64,000 nucleotides of DNA from Rariglobus sp. (GCA_035493815.1 DATJHQ010000019.1:15054-79053); one strand, 5' to 3'. Shown: positions 1-9,488, numbered from the stretch's first letter. Numbers and translations: made by a program. The notes: generated by a model not told the origin, from the sequence alone.

Positions 1-501
1 CCCGTTGACGAATACGTGATGAACAACGTCCGCGAATTCGACGGCAAGAAGCTCATCGCCGCCGACCACGCCGACGTGAAACTCGCCGACGCGCCCAAGC
101 CACCTTCCGCCGAGGGCGACCTCTCTGAATCCGACGCCAAGGCCCTCGCCGAATGGCTCAAGACCACCCTCGGCGACCGTGTCGAAGCCGTGAAGCCCAG
201 CGACCGCCTCGTCGATTCGCCCGCCCTCGCCGTGAATGCCGACAAGTTCATGACGCCCCAGATGCGCCGCATGATGAAGGCGATGAACAAGGACGGCGCC
301 GACGCCCCCGTGAAGGTCAATCTGGAGATCAACCCGCGCTCCGCCGTGATGAAGCACCTCAACGCCGCCCGCGCCGCGTCACCCGAGAAAGCGTCGCTCA
401 TCGCCGAGCAGATCCTCGACAACGCGCTCATCAGCGCCGGTCTCTTCGAGGACCCCAGCAAGATGGTCGCCCGCCTCTACAAGCTCCTCGAAACGGTCTG
501 A
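1..501 (+). CDS. htpG: Molecular chaperone HtpG (Hsp90 family), C-terminal fragment; the N-terminus lies upstream of the window
   Basis: Frame 1 is open from base 1 (PVDEYVMNNVREFDGKKL...). The VDEY...EFDGKKL segment and the helical C-terminal region ending LYKLLETV resemble bacterial Hsp90. Stop codon at 499-501. Confidence 0.85.
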   Translation, partial: PVDEYVMNNVREFDGKKLIAADHADVKLADAPKPPSAEGDLSESDAKALAEWLKTTLGDRVEAVKPSDRLVDSPALAVNADKFMTPQMRRMMKAMNKDGADAPVKVNLEINPRSAVMKHLNAARAASPEKASLIAEQILDNALISAGLFEDPSKMVARLYKLLETV

Positions 502-534
502 AAACCGCGGCTCGACGAAAGTCCGCCAATCACA

Positions 535-565
535 AGCCCCGGTCCGAAAAGATCGGGGCTTTTTC
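535..565 (+). terminator. Rho-independent terminator after htpG
   Basis: AGCCCCG (535-541), 12-nt loop, CGGGGCT (554-560), then TTTT (561-564); 34 nt after the htpG stop. Confidence 0.7.
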
Positions 566-700
566 ATGCGTCCATAGTTGTGCGAACATCGGCACCTTGC
601 TTGTTTCCCCGTGTCACCCGACAGTCCCTCCCACGCCTTGAGCATGCCGCCCATCTCTCATATCTCCAGCCCCGTGCGGGTGTAACCGCGCCGCCCACTC

Positions 701-1720
701 ATGAGAGCTTATTTCCTGCGCCGACTTTTGCTCATCCCGCCCACTCTCATCGGCATCACGCTGATTGTTTTTTTCATCACCCGCCTCGCACCCGGCGGCC
801 CGCTCGAACAGGCGCTCATGCAGGCGCAGCAGGTAAGTCTCAACCATGGCTCCGGCCGTGCCGCCGGTCAGGGCACGGCGCTTTCGACGGACCAGATCGA
901 CCAACTCAAACACTACTACGGCTTCGACCGTCCTTGGCATGTCGCCTACGTCCAGTGGCTCGGCAAGGTGGCCCAAGGCGACCTCGGCATGTCCTTTCGC
1001 TACAACGAACCCGTGTGGGATCTGATCTGCGAACGCTTCCCCATTTCGATTTTCTACGGACTCACCACATTGGTCATCACCTACACGATCTGCGTGCCGC
1101 TCGGCATCCTGAAGGCCATCAAGCATCGCACGTGGGTTGATACCGGCAGCTCCGTGCTGATCTTCGCCGGCTACGCCATTCCCGGGTATGTGCTCGGCGC
1201 TCTGCTGTTGGTGTTCTTCGCCGCCCGCCTGCGCTGGTTTCCGATGGGCGGCTTCACCGGCGATAACTTCGCCGACCTTTCGTTTATGGCCAAGGCCGGC
1301 GATCTCATCCACCACGCGATCCTTCCGCTTTGCTGCTATCTCATCGGCGCCTTCGCCTTCACCACGCTCCTCATGAAAAACCAGCTCATGGATGCGCTCG
1401 CCACCGACTACATGCGCACGGCCGTCGCGAAAGGCGTGTCCTATCGCCGGGCGGTCCTTGGACACGCCTTGCGAAATTCCATCATCCCGCTCGCGACCGA
1501 TTTCGGCCAAAACCTCACGCTCTTCCTGTCCGGTTCCTTCCTCATCGAAAATATTTTCGACATCAACGGCTTTGGCCTCCTCGGCTACACCTCGACCCTC
1601 GATCGCGACTACCCGGTCGTCATGGGCATCCTGCTTTTGTCGTCGTTGCTCCTTCTTGTGGGCAATCTCATCTCCGACGTCCTCGTGGCGCTCGCCGACC
1701 CTCGCATCCGCTTCGGTTGA
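701..1720 (+). CDS. yejB: ABC peptide-transporter permease, YejB-like (BPD inner-membrane component)
   Basis: 339 aa. N-terminus MRAYFLRRLLLIPPTLIGITLIVFFITRLAPGGP and C-terminus LISDVLVALADPRIRF align along the full length with my recollection of E. coli YejB (Opp/Dpp permease family). Confidence 0.85.
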   Translation: MRAYFLRRLLLIPPTLIGITLIVFFITRLAPGGPLEQALMQAQQVSLNHGSGRAAGQGTALSTDQIDQLKHYYGFDRPWHVAYVQWLGKVAQGDLGMSFRYNEPVWDLICERFPISIFYGLTTLVITYTICVPLGILKAIKHRTWVDTGSSVLIFAGYAIPGYVLGALLLVFFAARLRWFPMGGFTGDNFADLSFMAKAGDLIHHAILPLCCYLIGAFAFTTLLMKNQLMDALATDYMRTAVAKGVSYRRAVLGHALRNSIIPLATDFGQNLTLFLSGSFLIENIFDINGFGLLGYTSTLDRDYPVVMGILLLSSLLLLVGNLISDVLVALADPRIRFG

Positions 1721-1727
1721 TTTTTCC

Positions 1728-2786
1728 GTGCCGCTCATCCGCTTCCAGTTGAATCCTCAGACCAAGCGCCGCCTTGCCCGCTTCCGGGCGATTCGCCGCG
1801 GCTATGTCTCGTTTCTCATTCTGGCCGCTCTTGTGATTCTCTCTGTTGTTGGAGAATGCCTGGTCAACAGCCGCGCCCTCCTCGTGAAGTATCACGGGCA
1901 TTATTATTTCCCCACCTACGGCGCCATTCATCCCGGCACGGACTTCGGCGAAGACTACTCCTACGAAACCAACTATCGCCACCTGAAGACTCGCTTCGCC
2001 GCCGAAGCGCGTGGCGACTGGGTGCTCCTGCCGCCCGTCCCCTACAACGCCTTCGAAAACGACTTCCGGCCCGGCGTCTATCCGCCCACCGCACCGTCCA
2101 CAAGCGAGCGCCACTTCCTCGGCACCGACACCACCGGCCGTGACATCCTCGCGCGTCTCTTCTACGGCTTCCGCATCGCCCTGATTTTTTCCGCCTTCTA
2201 CATCGGTTTCGTCTATCTCATCGGCATCGCCGTAGGCTGCGCGATGGGCTGGTTCGGGGGTTCCGTCGATCTGCTGGGCCAACGTCTGGTCGAGATATGG
2301 TCGAACATTCCGTTTCTCTTCGTCGTCATGATCGTGGCCTCCCTCGTCCGTCCCGATCTGTTTCTGCTGGTCGCCATCACCGGTCTTTTTTCGTGGACGG
2401 GCATGACTTACTACATGCGAACCGCCACCTATAAACAGAAGGCCCGCGACTACGTCGCCGCCGCCGAGGCGTTGGGCGCGTCCACCCCGCGTATCATTTT
2501 CCGGCACATCCTGCCCAACACCCTTTCTACGCTGGTCACCTTTATTCCCTTCACCCTCGCCGGCGCCATCACCTCGCTCACCGCGCTCGATTTCCTCGGC
2601 TTCGGCCTGCCGCCGCCCACGCCAAGCTGGGGCGAACTCCTCCAACAAGGCACCGCCAATCTCAACGCTCCCTGGATCGTCCTCTCCGTCTTCATCGCCA
2701 TGGTCTTCGTGCTCACGCTCGTGACCTTCGTCGGCGAAGCCATCCGCGAGGCTTTCGATCCCAAGAAATTCACCACTTACCAATGA
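1728..2786 (+). CDS. yejE: ABC peptide-transporter permease, YejE-like
   Basis: The track ORF 1392-2786 overlaps yejB out of frame in its first 110 codons, so I trimmed it to GTG 1728, just after the yejB stop. N-terminus (M)PLIRFQLNPQTKRRLARFRAIRRGYVSFLIL matches the YejE-type N-terminus. HFLGTDTTGRDILARL is the Opp/Dpp-C family motif. Start is uncertain by a few codons. Confidence 0.8.
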   Translation: MPLIRFQLNPQTKRRLARFRAIRRGYVSFLILAALVILSVVGECLVNSRALLVKYHGHYYFPTYGAIHPGTDFGEDYSYETNYRHLKTRFAAEARGDWVLLPPVPYNAFENDFRPGVYPPTAPSTSERHFLGTDTTGRDILARLFYGFRIALIFSAFYIGFVYLIGIAVGCAMGWFGGSVDLLGQRLVEIWSNIPFLFVVMIVASLVRPDLFLLVAITGLFSWTGMTYYMRTATYKQKARDYVAAAEALGASTPRIIFRHILPNTLSTLVTFIPFTLAGAITSLTALDFLGFGLPPPTPSWGELLQQGTANLNAPWIVLSVFIAMVFVLTLVTFVGEAIREAFDPKKFTTYQ

Positions 2787-4699
2787 TGACCGCATCACTC
2801 CGTCCGCTCTCCCGCCTCTTTATCGCCGGCCTCGCGCTGCTGGCGTTCACGCTCGCCGGCTGCTCCAAGAAAACCGCCGAAGCCACCCGCGACGTCACCC
2901 CCGAGGTCGAAGCCTACTACAAGGCCCATCCCGATTTCTTCACCTTCGCGAAGCTCGCCGACCTGCCCGCCAACCTCTCTTGGCAGGACGGCCACGACGT
3001 GCCCGAGTTCGCCTCGCCCGAGGCCAAACGCGGCGGCACGCTCCACGGCGCCATCGACGATTTCCCGCGCACGCTCCGCTTTATCGGACCGGACGCCAAC
3101 GGCTCGTTCCGCAGTTACATCCTCGACGACAACGCCCTCACGCTCATCCAGCGCCAGCCCAACACCGGCCAGTATTACCCCGCCCTCGCCAAATCATGGG
3201 CGCTCTCCGCCGACGGTCGCACCATGTATTTCCGTCTCAATCCCGAAGCCCGCTACAGCGACGGCGTTCCCGTCACCGCCAACGACTACCTCTTCGCCTT
3301 TTTCTTCTTCCGTGCGACCTACATCAACGAGCCGTGGTATAACAATTACTACACCACGAATTTCACCAACATCACCCACTACGACGACTACACCATCGGC
3401 GTAACATGGAAGGAGGCGAAGCCCGACATCTACGACCGCCTCGGACAGCTTTATCCGGTTCCGCAACACTTCTACAAAGAGCTCGGCCCCGATTTCGCCC
3501 AGCGTTACCAGTGGCGACTGGAACCCACCACCGGCCCCTACACCGTGCTCCCTGAGGACATCCACAAGGGCAGCTCCATCGACCTCACCCACGTCAAAAA
3601 CTGGTGGGCCGCCGACAAACCGTTCTTCCGCCATCGCTACAACTTCGACCGCATCAGTCTTCAGGTCATCCGCGATCCGGACAAGGCCTTCGAAGCCTTC
3701 AAACGCGGCGACCTCGATGTCTTCGGTCTGACTCTGCCGCGCTTCTGGTATGACAAACTTCCCGACACCGATCCGCTCGTGCGTGACGGCTATGTTCACA
3801 AGGCCGTTTTCTACAACGAAGTTCCCCGCCCCACCTACGGCCTTTACATCAACGCCGCCCGCCCGCTCCTCGACAACCGCGACATCCGCGCCGGCATCAA
3901 TTACGCGACCAACTGGCAGCTCGTCATCGACCAGTATTTCCGCGGCGACTATGCGCGCATGCAGACCACCGCCGACGGCTACGCCCTCGTGCCCTTCCCC
4001 GGCATCAAGGCGCGTCCTTTTTCAGTCGATGAAGCGCTCGCATCCTTTGCCAAAGCCGGCTTCACCAAGCGCGGCCCCGACGGCATCCTCGTGGACGACA
4101 AAGGCCACCGCCTGTCGTTCACCGTCACCTCCGGCTACGCCGCGTTGAAGGATGTGTTGTCGATTCTCAAACAAGAGGCGCTCAAAGCCGGACTGGAATT
4201 TAACATCGAGCAGCTCGACAACACCACCGCTTGGAAAAAAGTTCAGGAAAAACAGCACGACATCGCCTTCTCCGCCTTCGGAGTCAGTGTGGAAATGTAT
4301 CCCCGTTATTGGGAGACGTTTGATTCGGCCAACGCCAACAAACCCCAGACAAACAACATCACGAATCTCGCCGATCCCGAGATCGACGCGCTCATCAAAC
4401 GCTACGACCGCGCCACCACCATGGACGAGATTCGCGACCTCGCCACGCAGCTGGAAATCAAAATCCGCGAGCAGGCCGTCTTCGTTCCCGGTTTTGAAAT
4501 TCCGTTTTATCGTGCCGGCTTCTGGCGTTGGATAAAATGGCCCAAGGATTTCAACGTCCGCCTGAGCCAGACCGCCGGGGAACAAGGCCTCGAGTGGATC
4601 GACGAAGACGCCAAAAAGGAAACCCTCGACGCCCGCGCCGCCGGCAAAACCTTCCCGCCGTCAGTGGAGGTTTACGATCAATGGAAGCGTAAGGACTGA
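2783..4699 (+). CDS. yejA: ABC transporter substrate-binding protein (family 5, YejA-like), predicted lipoprotein
   Basis: 638 aa. Signal peptide with lipobox LAGC|SKK. The size and sequence fit large cluster-C peptide-binding proteins. The ATG overlaps the yejE stop (ATGATGA at 2783-2789). Confidence 0.75.
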   Translation: MMTASLRPLSRLFIAGLALLAFTLAGCSKKTAEATRDVTPEVEAYYKAHPDFFTFAKLADLPANLSWQDGHDVPEFASPEAKRGGTLHGAIDDFPRTLRFIGPDANGSFRSYILDDNALTLIQRQPNTGQYYPALAKSWALSADGRTMYFRLNPEARYSDGVPVTANDYLFAFFFFRATYINEPWYNNYYTTNFTNITHYDDYTIGVTWKEAKPDIYDRLGQLYPVPQHFYKELGPDFAQRYQWRLEPTTGPYTVLPEDIHKGSSIDLTHVKNWWAADKPFFRHRYNFDRISLQVIRDPDKAFEAFKRGDLDVFGLTLPRFWYDKLPDTDPLVRDGYVHKAVFYNEVPRPTYGLYINAARPLLDNRDIRAGINYATNWQLVIDQYFRGDYARMQTTADGYALVPFPGIKARPFSVDEALASFAKAGFTKRGPDGILVDDKGHRLSFTVTSGYAALKDVLSILKQEALKAGLEFNIEQLDNTTAWKKVQEKQHDIAFSAFGVSVEMYPRYWETFDSANANKPQTNNITNLADPEIDALIKRYDRATTMDEIRDLATQLEIKIREQAVFVPGFEIPFYRAGFWRWIKWPKDFNVRLSQTAGEQGLEWIDEDAKKETLDARAAGKTFPPSVEVYDQWKRKD

Positions 4700-4720
4700 A
4701 CCGTCCGTCCGATCTCCCAC

Positions 4721-5707
4721 ATGTCCTCTCTCCTTCGCGTCCGTCAGCTTTCCGTCGGTTTCGAAACCGACGACGGATTGCTGCGCGCGGTGGACAACGT
4801 GAGCTTTGAAATCGCCCCCGGCCGCACCCTCGGCCTCGTGGGCGAGTCCGGCTGCGGCAAAAGCGTCACCGCGCTCTCCCTCATGCGCCTGCTGCCGCAG
4901 CCTTCCGGAAAAATCCTGAGCGGCGAAATCGTCTTTGAAGATCGCGACCTCCTCGCGTTGCCCATCTCCGACATGCACCGCATCCGCGGTGCCCGGATCG
5001 GCATGGTCTTCCAAGAGCCGATGACCGCCCTCAATCCCGTCCACACCATCGGTCGTCAACTCTCCGAAGTTTACCGCCTGCATCAAAACCTCACCAAGAA
5101 AGACGGCTGGGCGAAAGCCATCGCCATGCTGGGCCGCGTCGGTCTGCCCTCGCCCGAACTCCGCGCCGCCGAATATCCGCACCACCTTTCCGGCGGCATG
5201 CGCCAACGCGTCGTCATCGCCATGGCACTCGCCTGCCACCCGCGCCTGCTCATCGCCGATGAGCCCACCACCGCCCTCGACGTCACCATTCAGGCGCAGA
5301 TTCTCGACCTCATCAAAGACCTCCAGCGCGAGCTCGGCATGGCCGTGCTCCTCATCACCCACGACCTCGGCGTGATCGCCGAAACCTGCGACGACGTCGC
5401 CGTGATGTATGCCGGACGCATCGCCGAACAGGCACCGGTCGCCGAACTCTTCGCCAACCCGAAGCACCCCTACACGCGCGGCCTGCTCGCTTCCATCCCG
5501 CGTCTGGAAACCCTTTCCAAGAGCCGTCTGCCCGTGATCGACGGCATGGTGCCCGGACTGCGCGACCTGCCACCCGGCTGCCGTTTTCAAAACCGTTGCC
5601 CCCACCGGCAGGACCGTTGCGCCGCCTCCGCGCCCGCCCTCGAATCCGTTTCCCCCGGCCACGACGCCGCCTGCTTCCGCTGGCGCGAAATCTCCGACGC
5701 TTCCTGA
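4721..5707 (+). CDS. ABC transporter ATP-binding protein (OppD/DppD-like; corresponds to the N-terminal half of YejF)
   Basis: Walker A GESGCGKS, signature LSGGMRQR, Walker [13 protein letters not shown], and a C-terminal oligopeptide-ABC extension (CRFQNRCP). Confidence 0.9.
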   Translation: MSSLLRVRQLSVGFETDDGLLRAVDNVSFEIAPGRTLGLVGESGCGKSVTALSLMRLLPQPSGKILSGEIVFEDRDLLALPISDMHRIRGARIGMVFQEPMTALNPVHTIGRQLSEVYRLHQNLTKKDGWAKAIAMLGRVGLPSPELRAAEYPHHLSGGMRQRVVIAMALACHPRLLIADEPTTALDVTIQAQILDLIKDLQRELGMAVLLITHDLGVIAETCDDVAVMYAGRIAEQAPVAELFANPKHPYTRGLLASIPRLETLSKSRLPVIDGMVPGLRDLPPGCRFQNRCPHRQDRCAASAPALESVSPGHDAACFRWREISDAS

Positions 5708-6705
5708 TGCCCGCCGACGACTCCACGCCTCCGCTTCTCGAAGTCCGCGACCTCAAGACCCATTTCCCTGTCAAAGGCGGCGTCTTCCGCCATGCCGTCG
5801 CCACCAACAAAGCCGTGGACGGCGTCAGCTTCACCCTCCGCGCCGGTGAAACCCTCGGCCTCGTCGGCGAATCCGGCTGCGGCAAATCCACCCTCGGAAA
5901 AACCATCGCCCGCCTGCTCAAGCCCACCGCCGGCAGCGTCCGCTTCGACGGACACGATCTCGCTCCGCTAAGCCGCGGCGAACTCAAGCCCTTCCGCAAG
6001 CGTCTCCAGATGATCTTTCAGGATCCCACCGAGTCGCTCAACGCGCGCCACACCGTCGGCGAGATTCTCGCCGAGCCTTTCATCATCCACGGCATCGGCA
6101 CCACCGCCGAACGCACGCGCCACGTCGCCGAACTCCTCGCCAAAGTCGGCCTCGATCCCGACGCTGCCCGGCGCTACTCCTTCGAGTTTTCCGGCGGACA
6201 ACGCCAACGCATCGGCATCGCCCGCGCCCTCGCGCTCAACCCCAGCCTCATCATTTGCGATGAGCCCGTGTCCGCGCTCGATGTCTCGATCCAGAGCCAG
6301 GTGCTCAACCTCCTCGTCGATCTCCAGCGTGAGCTCGGACTCTCGTATCTTTTCATCGCGCACAATCTCGCGGTCGTGAAGCACGTCTCCGACCGCATCG
6401 CCATCATGTATCTCGGCCGCATCGTCGAGCTGGGCACGTCGGCCGCGATCCATTCGAATCCGCGTCATCCTTACACGCGTGCTCTTCTCGCCGCGATTCC
6501 CGTGCCCGATCCGTCCGCCCGCAAACGCGAACGCATCGTTCTCACCGGCGACCTCCCCTCGCCGATCAATCCGCCCTCGGGCTGCCCCTTTCACCCGCGC
6601 TGCCCGCACGCCACCGACCGCTGCAAGATAGAGGACCCCGTCCTCCGCGAAACGGCCGCCCCCGGCATCGCATCCCACACCGTCTCCTGTCACTACGATT
6701 TGTAG
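5707..6705 (+). CDS. ABC transporter ATP-binding protein (OppF/DppF-like; corresponds to the C-terminal half of YejF)
   Basis: The track ORF starts at 5596 inside the upstream gene. I trimmed it to ATG 5707, which overlaps the upstream stop (TGATG). Walker [10 protein letters not shown], signature FSGGQRQR, Walker [14 protein letters not shown]-terminal CPFHPRCP. Confidence 0.9.
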   Translation: MPADDSTPPLLEVRDLKTHFPVKGGVFRHAVATNKAVDGVSFTLRAGETLGLVGESGCGKSTLGKTIARLLKPTAGSVRFDGHDLAPLSRGELKPFRKRLQMIFQDPTESLNARHTVGEILAEPFIIHGIGTTAERTRHVAELLAKVGLDPDAARRYSFEFSGGQRQRIGIARALALNPSLIICDEPVSALDVSIQSQVLNLLVDLQRELGLSYLFIAHNLAVVKHVSDRIAIMYLGRIVELGTSAAIHSNPRHPYTRALLAAIPVPDPSARKRERIVLTGDLPSPINPPSGCPFHPRCPHATDRCKIEDPVLRETAAPGIASHTVSCHYDL

Positions 6706-6828
6706 CCCCGGCCTCATTCTCGTTCTTCTTTCTCTTTCTCGTTCTCCCAGCGTCGCTCGGCGCATCGCCGTCGATTCTGACTCGTATTCCCCGTCCGGAC
6801 GCGTCCTGCTCCCGCTCCCGCGAACCAC

Positions 6829-8106
6829 ATGGACACGTTCATCTACGGCATCGACTTTGGCACCAGCAATTCGGCGATCACGATTTGGAACACCGCCACG
6901 CGCACGCTTCTTCGCGACCCACGCATCGCCGGTGTGGACGCCACGTTCATGTATTTCCCCTATACCACGCGCCGCATCGCGCCGGTCTTGGGCAACGCCG
7001 CCAAGCTCCGCTACGTCGAGGATGAGATGCGCGGCCGTTTCTTTCAGGCGATCAAGACGATCCTCCCTTACTCGACGTTCACCGACACGGTCATCAACAA
7101 CCAGACCTACACCATCGAAGACCTGATCGCGATTTTCCTGCGCCACCTCAAGGAGCGCGGCGACGCCGTCACGCAACAGGACGTGAAACGTGTGATCCTC
7201 GGCCGCCCCGCCGTCTTCTCCACCGATCCCGCCGAAGATCAGCTCGCCGAAGAACGCCTCCACCGCGCCGCCCAGCTCGCCGGTTTCACCGAGATCCATT
7301 TCCAATACGAGCCCATCGCCGCCGCCTTCGCCTACGAATCCCGCATCACCAAACCCGAGCGCGTCCTCGTCGGTGACTTCGGCGGCGGCACTTCCGACTT
7401 CACCGTCGTTCAGCTCGACCCCGCGCGTCAGGGCCTCACCGACCGCATGCGCGACATCCTCGCCACCGGCGGTCTCCCCATCGCCGGCAACAAATACGAC
7501 GCCGCCACCATGTGGCACAAAGTCACCCCGCTCTTCGGCCGCGGCGCGACCTACGACAGCTGGGGCAAACAGATCGAAGTCCCCGATTCTCTCTACCGCA
7601 CCATCTGCCAGTGGGATCAGATCGTCTTCCTGAGAAACGCCAAAAAGATGGACCTCCTCTGGCGCCTCGTCGGCCTCTCCAACGACCCGCCCGCCTTCGA
7701 ACGCTTCCAGACTCTCATCAAGGAAAACCAGGGCTTCGCCCTATTCCAGGTCATCGAAACCGCCAAGATCACCCTCACCACCCGAGCCGTCGCACCCATC
7801 GTGTTCAACCACCCGCGCATCCCGCTCGACCTCTCGCTTACCCTCGCCGAGTTCGACCAAAACTCCGCCGATCTCACCGCCGCGATCACGGGTTACCTCG
7901 ACACCTTCCTCGCCGATTCCAAGATTGCCTCCGCGAGTATCGAAACCGTCTTTCTCACCGGCGGCACGTCCCTCATCCGCAGCCTCCGGGCCGAGTTCGT
8001 CAAACGCTTTGGCCAGGACAAAATCCGCGACGGCAACGAGTTCACGAGCGTGGCCGACGGCCTTGCTTTGAGCGCCCCCCTCTTCTTTCCCGACTTGCAT
8101 CCCTAG
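6829..8106 (+). CDS. Hsp70-family ATPase, YegD-like (actin-fold, no substrate-binding lid domain)
   Basis: 425 aa. Phosphate-1 motif IYGIDFGTSNSAI, FQYEPIAAAFAYE, phosphate-2 VLVGDFGGGTSDFTVV, adenosine motif VFLTGGTSLIRSL. The protein ends right after the ATPase domain, as in the YegD family. Confidence 0.8.
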   Translation: MDTFIYGIDFGTSNSAITIWNTATRTLLRDPRIAGVDATFMYFPYTTRRIAPVLGNAAKLRYVEDEMRGRFFQAIKTILPYSTFTDTVINNQTYTIEDLIAIFLRHLKERGDAVTQQDVKRVILGRPAVFSTDPAEDQLAEERLHRAAQLAGFTEIHFQYEPIAAAFAYESRITKPERVLVGDFGGGTSDFTVVQLDPARQGLTDRMRDILATGGLPIAGNKYDAATMWHKVTPLFGRGATYDSWGKQIEVPDSLYRTICQWDQIVFLRNAKKMDLLWRLVGLSNDPPAFERFQTLIKENQGFALFQVIETAKITLTTRAVAPIVFNHPRIPLDLSLTLAEFDQNSADLTAAITGYLDTFLADSKIASASIETVFLTGGTSLIRSLRAEFVKRFGQDKIRDGNEFTSVADGLALSAPLFFPDLHP

Positions 8107-8164
8107 GCCGGTTTGTTCGAAACATTCGCCAAGGGATTCCCCTTCCCTCAACGTATCATCCGTC

Positions 8165-8488
8165 ATGAACGACCATGATCGACTCTCTTCCGTGCTAAAA
8201 ACCTGGAAGCACGAACCCTCACCCGCCCCCGGATTTCCCTACTCCGTCTGGTCCCGCATCAGCGCCGAGGCCGCCGCACCGGCTCCGGTTTCCGCCAACG
8301 TTTCTCGCTTTCCCTTCCCGCTTTCACTCGCCGCCAGTTTTACGGTGCTTCTGGCCGTGCTCGCAGGAGCAGGCGCCGGTCTCGCGTTTAACCACTCGCG
8401 CACGACCGACTACATGGCCGCCTCCTACGTGCGCTCCATCGATCCCTTTCAAATGACGGCGCCCGCATCGCCGCATACGCATTCGTGA
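8165..8488 (+). CDS. Small single-pass membrane protein, putative CnrY-like (class II) anti-sigma factor
   Basis: 107 aa with no Cys, so no zinc-binding anti-sigma domain (ASD). N-terminal LSSVLKTWKHEP...FPYSVWSRI segment, one TM helix (LAASFTVLLAVLAGAGAGLAF), and a short C-terminal tail. The stop overlaps the next start (GTGA at 8485-8488). The function is inferred from context. Confidence 0.5.
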   Translation: MNDHDRLSSVLKTWKHEPSPAPGFPYSVWSRISAEAAAPAPVSANVSRFPFPLSLAASFTVLLAVLAGAGAGLAFNHSRTTDYMAASYVRSIDPFQMTAPASPHTHS

Positions 8489-8931
8489 AAGTTGTCCTCC
8501 GCCTGATCCTTCTGGCCCTGGCCGTAGGCGGGATCGCCTTCGGCCTCACCCGCTTGCTCGCGCACCCGCACGCCAAGACCGACGAGATGGCGTGGATGAA
8601 AACCGAGTTTCATCTCACCCCGGCGCAGACCGCCGCCATCGAAAAAATCCACGAGGCCTATGCGCCCGTTTGCATGGAACATTGCCGCCGTATCCGCGAC
8701 ACCCGCGCCCTCCTCCAATCCATCGAAACCGCCGGCCGGCTCAACACCGCCGAACACGCCGCTGCGCTCGCCGAGATGATCCGGCTAAAAGGCATCTGTC
8801 ACGATGCCACGCAAAAACAACTGGAAGACGTCGCCGCACAAATGGCGCCCGCTGAAGGCCGCCGCTTCCTCGCGCTCACCCTTCCCAAGCTCTCCGATCA
8901 ATCGCACGACGGACCTATCGACCTGCGATGA
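8485..8931 (+). CDS. Membrane-anchored periplasmic helical sensor/chaperone-like protein (CnrX / periplasmic heavy-metal sensor / Spy-CpxP-like)
   Basis: 148 aa. N-terminal TM anchor VVLRLILLALAVGGIAFGL, then a helical domain with an LTPAQ...I motif, CxxxC (PVCMEHC), ICHD and many His. GTG start. The stop overlaps the sigma-factor start (ATGA at 8928-8931). Confidence 0.55.
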   Translation: MKVVLRLILLALAVGGIAFGLTRLLAHPHAKTDEMAWMKTEFHLTPAQTAAIEKIHEAYAPVCMEHCRRIRDTRALLQSIETAGRLNTAEHAAALAEMIRLKGICHDATQKQLEDVAAQMAPAEGRRFLALTLPKLSDQSHDGPIDLR

Positions 8932-9488
8932 GCCCGGACTCCGCCCTGCCGCCGACCGACGAAGCCCTCGCTTCATCCCTTCGCCAAGGCGACGATACCG
9001 CGCTCAACACACTGATGGAGCGCTGGCAGTCTCCCTTGCGCGGGTTCCTCTACCGCATGCTTCAAAACGAGCATGATGCGCTCGACCTCGCCCAGGAAAC
9101 CTTTGTTCGCATTTACCGGCATCGGGCAAACTACCGTGCGGGCGCGCGCTTCTCGACGTGGATGTTCCAGATCGCCCTCAATCTCGCCCGCGACCACGCC
9201 CGTCGCCGCACGCGCCGCCCCACCGATTCGCTCGACGATACCCCCGAGCCTTTTGACGAACGCAACCCCGGCTCCGACGCCCTTGCCGCCGAACGCGCCC
9301 GCACGGTTCGCACCGCCATCGCAGCCCTGCCCGAAGATCTGCGGGTTGCTCTCATCTTTTCCGAATACGACGACAAGTCCCACGCCCAGATCGCCGTCAT
9401 CGTCGGCGCCACCCCGAAGGCCGTCGAAACCCGCATCTACCGGGCCCGGGAGATTCTCCGGAAAAAACTCGCGAAGTTCATGGCCTAA
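8928..9488 (+). CDS. RNA polymerase ECF-type sigma-70 factor
   Basis: 186 aa. Region 2 (DLAQETFVRIYRHRANYR...FSTWMFQIALNLARDHARRR) and region 4 (LPEDLRVALIFSEYDDKSHAQIAVIVGATPKAVETRIYRAREILRKKL). Confidence 0.9.
   Translation: MSPDSALPPTDEALASSLRQGDDTALNTLMERWQSPLRGFLYRMLQNEHDALDLAQETFVRIYRHRANYRAGARFSTWMFQIALNLARDHARRRTRRPTDSLDDTPEPFDERNPGSDALAAERARTVRTAIAALPEDLRVALIFSEYDDKSHAQIAVIVGATPKAVETRIYRAREILRKKLAKFMA

Noticed and set aside
1392-1727. 5' extensions of track ORFs (for example 1392-, 5596-, 13360-, 15583-, 36360-, 37911-, 46465..47160 and 48531..49868).
   Set aside because: The extended parts overlap the preceding gene, in another frame or antisense, and translate to Arg/Pro-rich sequence. 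Conserved N-termini begin at internal ATG/GTG codons placed right after or overlapping the upstream stop, so the starts were trimmed.
5968-7518. 516-aa minus-strand ORF spanning the ABC ATPase / Hsp70-like boundary.
   Set aside because: It runs across an intergenic region and two well-supported plus-strand genes, and it has no motifs.
6829-8106. Considered the Hsp70-like gene as part of a defence or toxin system.
   Set aside because: There are no nuclease, protease, NTPase or DnaJ-like partners. It fits the widespread stand-alone YegD family.
8107-8164. Searched for an ECF-type promoter (GGAAC-like -35, then about 16-17 nt, then CGT) upstream of the anti-sigma gene.
   Set aside because: GAAAC (8119-8123) and CGTA (8152-8155) are 28 nt apart, and no correctly spaced pair was seen. 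No promoter is called.
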